Part shown: in pieces, positions 62,411 to 64,000 of the stretch
How the letters are laid out: the number at the start of each line of letters is the position of its first letter
Position numbering within the stretch: position 1 is the stretch's first letter
The notes under the pieces: model-generated
The model's database searches: none
Told to the model about the DNA's origin: nothing
The model's input: the letters and a program-made list of their open reading frames with translations, nothing else
From: Octopus sinensis
Taxonomy: Eukaryota
Assembly (NCBI RefSeq): GCF_006345805.1
Contig: NC_043005.1
Span: 23,560,001-23,624,000 of the forward strand
DNA: 64,000 nucleotides
Direction: 5' to 3'
Made by a program: the position numbers and the translations under genes

Positions 62411-63475
62411 GATGGAATACATCAAATCAAAAACAAACATAACAGAAGATGACATAAAAACAAACAATCACCGATACACAACACCATCGGATCACATAAA
62501 AATACTATATATCTCCAGAAATCTGCATCACATACTAAAAGGCATTTTGCCCAGTGCGGTTGGTAAATGCCAAAAATACCTCACAAAGAAACTTTACTGG
62601 GATCTCCTCGAGGACAAACCGAAGGAGGAGAAAGCAAAAACTTTCGAGCAGTAAGTAACCCTCTGTTCCTTTCGCTTGTATTTTAATTCACTAGGCTTGT
62701 GATCAAGATTGGTTGTGTAAATGCGCGTGGCTTGGGGTCCCCTTGGAAACAAGAGTACCTCTTCAATGACATAAAATCACACAAGTTAGAAATCATAGAC
62801 ATAAGTGGGACCAGACTCCACAATCCGCGGGCCCTAAAGACCATGTTTGGCGGACAGTTCAACATTTATTTTCCCCCTTGTCTGCCGAAGGTGGGCGGTA
62901 GTGGTACCGAGGTACTTTTTCGCAAGAGTCTGGATCTCAAAGTAAAGACAATATTCGTAGACCCCGGGGGGGGGGGGTAGACTGGTCGTCCTGGATGTCG
63001 ACGGCAGCAATGGGTGCGCTTTTCGACTCGTATCAGTCTACGCACCGCCTTTAACAGGTCGGGCGGATTTCTTTCAACGTCTAGAAGTATTCTTGGGAAC
63101 GTCTCGTCCTTTACTCTTTGTGGGGGATTGGAATGCTACCTTGGACACGCATGTAGACTACGTGGGCAGAGATAGGAATAGACGGGGATGCAAATGCCTC
63201 AGAGACCTGCTCAGACGCTTTCAACTGTCTGACAGGTACCGACCCGACCACCCGAATGCGCCAACGTGGACATGGAGCAACCGCATCGGGTCGTCGAGAT
63301 CGTATCTAGATAGGATACTGTGTAGGACAGTAGATAGAGATAACGTAGGATGTCCACAATTCCACATAGTCAACACCCGTTAAAAGGAGGGCTGGGCATG
63401 CCGTGGTTGATGATGCGCAGACACGCGCTGAGACTGCGACATCTACGGCTCTACGTGTGGCTAATAAAGAAACAT
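62411..63475 (+). mobile_element. Tx1/L1-clade LINE remnant: endonuclease fused to post-RT segment
   Basis: IGCVNARGL...SGTRL...RLVSVYAP...VGDWNATL...SYLDRIL (62699-63370, frameshift at poly-G ~62966-62977), then directly GGLGMPW; RT core absent. Confidence 0.8.
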
Positions 63476-63559
63476 GTCTACCTGTCTCTGTCTGAACAGA
63501 GAATACGATACAGGAAATCAAACGCACAAGAGGACGAACGAGAAAGCCTTTTTATGTAC

Positions 63560-63606
63560 ATATTCATATACATACATATACATAGATACATATACATATA
63601 TATATA

Positions 63607-63644
<38 letters not shown>

Positions 63645-63684
63645 TGTATGTATGTATATATATATATGTATGTATATATATATG

Positions 63685-63737
<53 letters not shown>

Positions 63738-63907
63738 CATATATATATATATACATATATATACATATATATATATTACATAACATATATATATACATAT
63801 TATACATGCATATATATATATATATATATATTATATATGTATATGTATCTATATATGTATATATCTATATAAATATGTATGTATATATATATGTATGTTA
63901 ATATATG

Positions 63908-63940
<33 letters not shown>
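63560..63940. repeat. (TA)n-rich microsatellite
   Basis: Direct inspection. Confidence 0.95.
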
Positions 63941-63943
<3 letters not shown>

Positions 63944-64000
63944 TTTCAACAATTGAGGGTAAAATTAATTAATTATTAATCAATTTCACCAAGTATTCAG

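Overview
AT-rich, intron- and repeat-dense animal genomic DNA. The repeat landscape suggests a coleoid cephalopod (Octopus-like); that assignment is my inference, not a database match. The only host gene I can support is Elongin A (ELOA/TCEB3) on the + strand. It has nine coding exons in this window (358-26923; 522 codons including the stop, phases consistent at every GT-AG junction), and its first coding exon(s) lie upstream. The rest is mainly transposons and microsatellites: two near full-length RTE-clade LINEs plus many truncated copies, one complete but decayed 4.2-kb Gypsy-type LTR element and a solo LTR nested in an old LINE, CR1-like, BovB-like and Tx1/L1-like fragments, a piggyBac deletion derivative and its MITE, hAT and Tc1/mariner MITEs, two non-autonomous Helitrons, and several tRNA-derived SINE families. 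The strongest leads are: (1) the LTR element has no canonical TGG primer-binding site; the 12 nt abutting the 5' LTR are the exact complement of nucleotides 1-12 of metazoan tRNA-Phe, suggesting priming by a 5' tRNA fragment; (2) a tRNA-headed element with a Penelope-type minimal hammerhead ribozyme, inserted as a tail-out inverted repeat in an ELOA intron; (3) a C4HC3 PHD finger inserted inside the RTE reverse transcriptase; (4) a canonical -1 frameshift heptamer plus pseudoknot at the gag/pol overlap. All alignments and counts were done by eye; repeat boundaries are approximate unless termini or target-site duplications (TSDs) are quoted.
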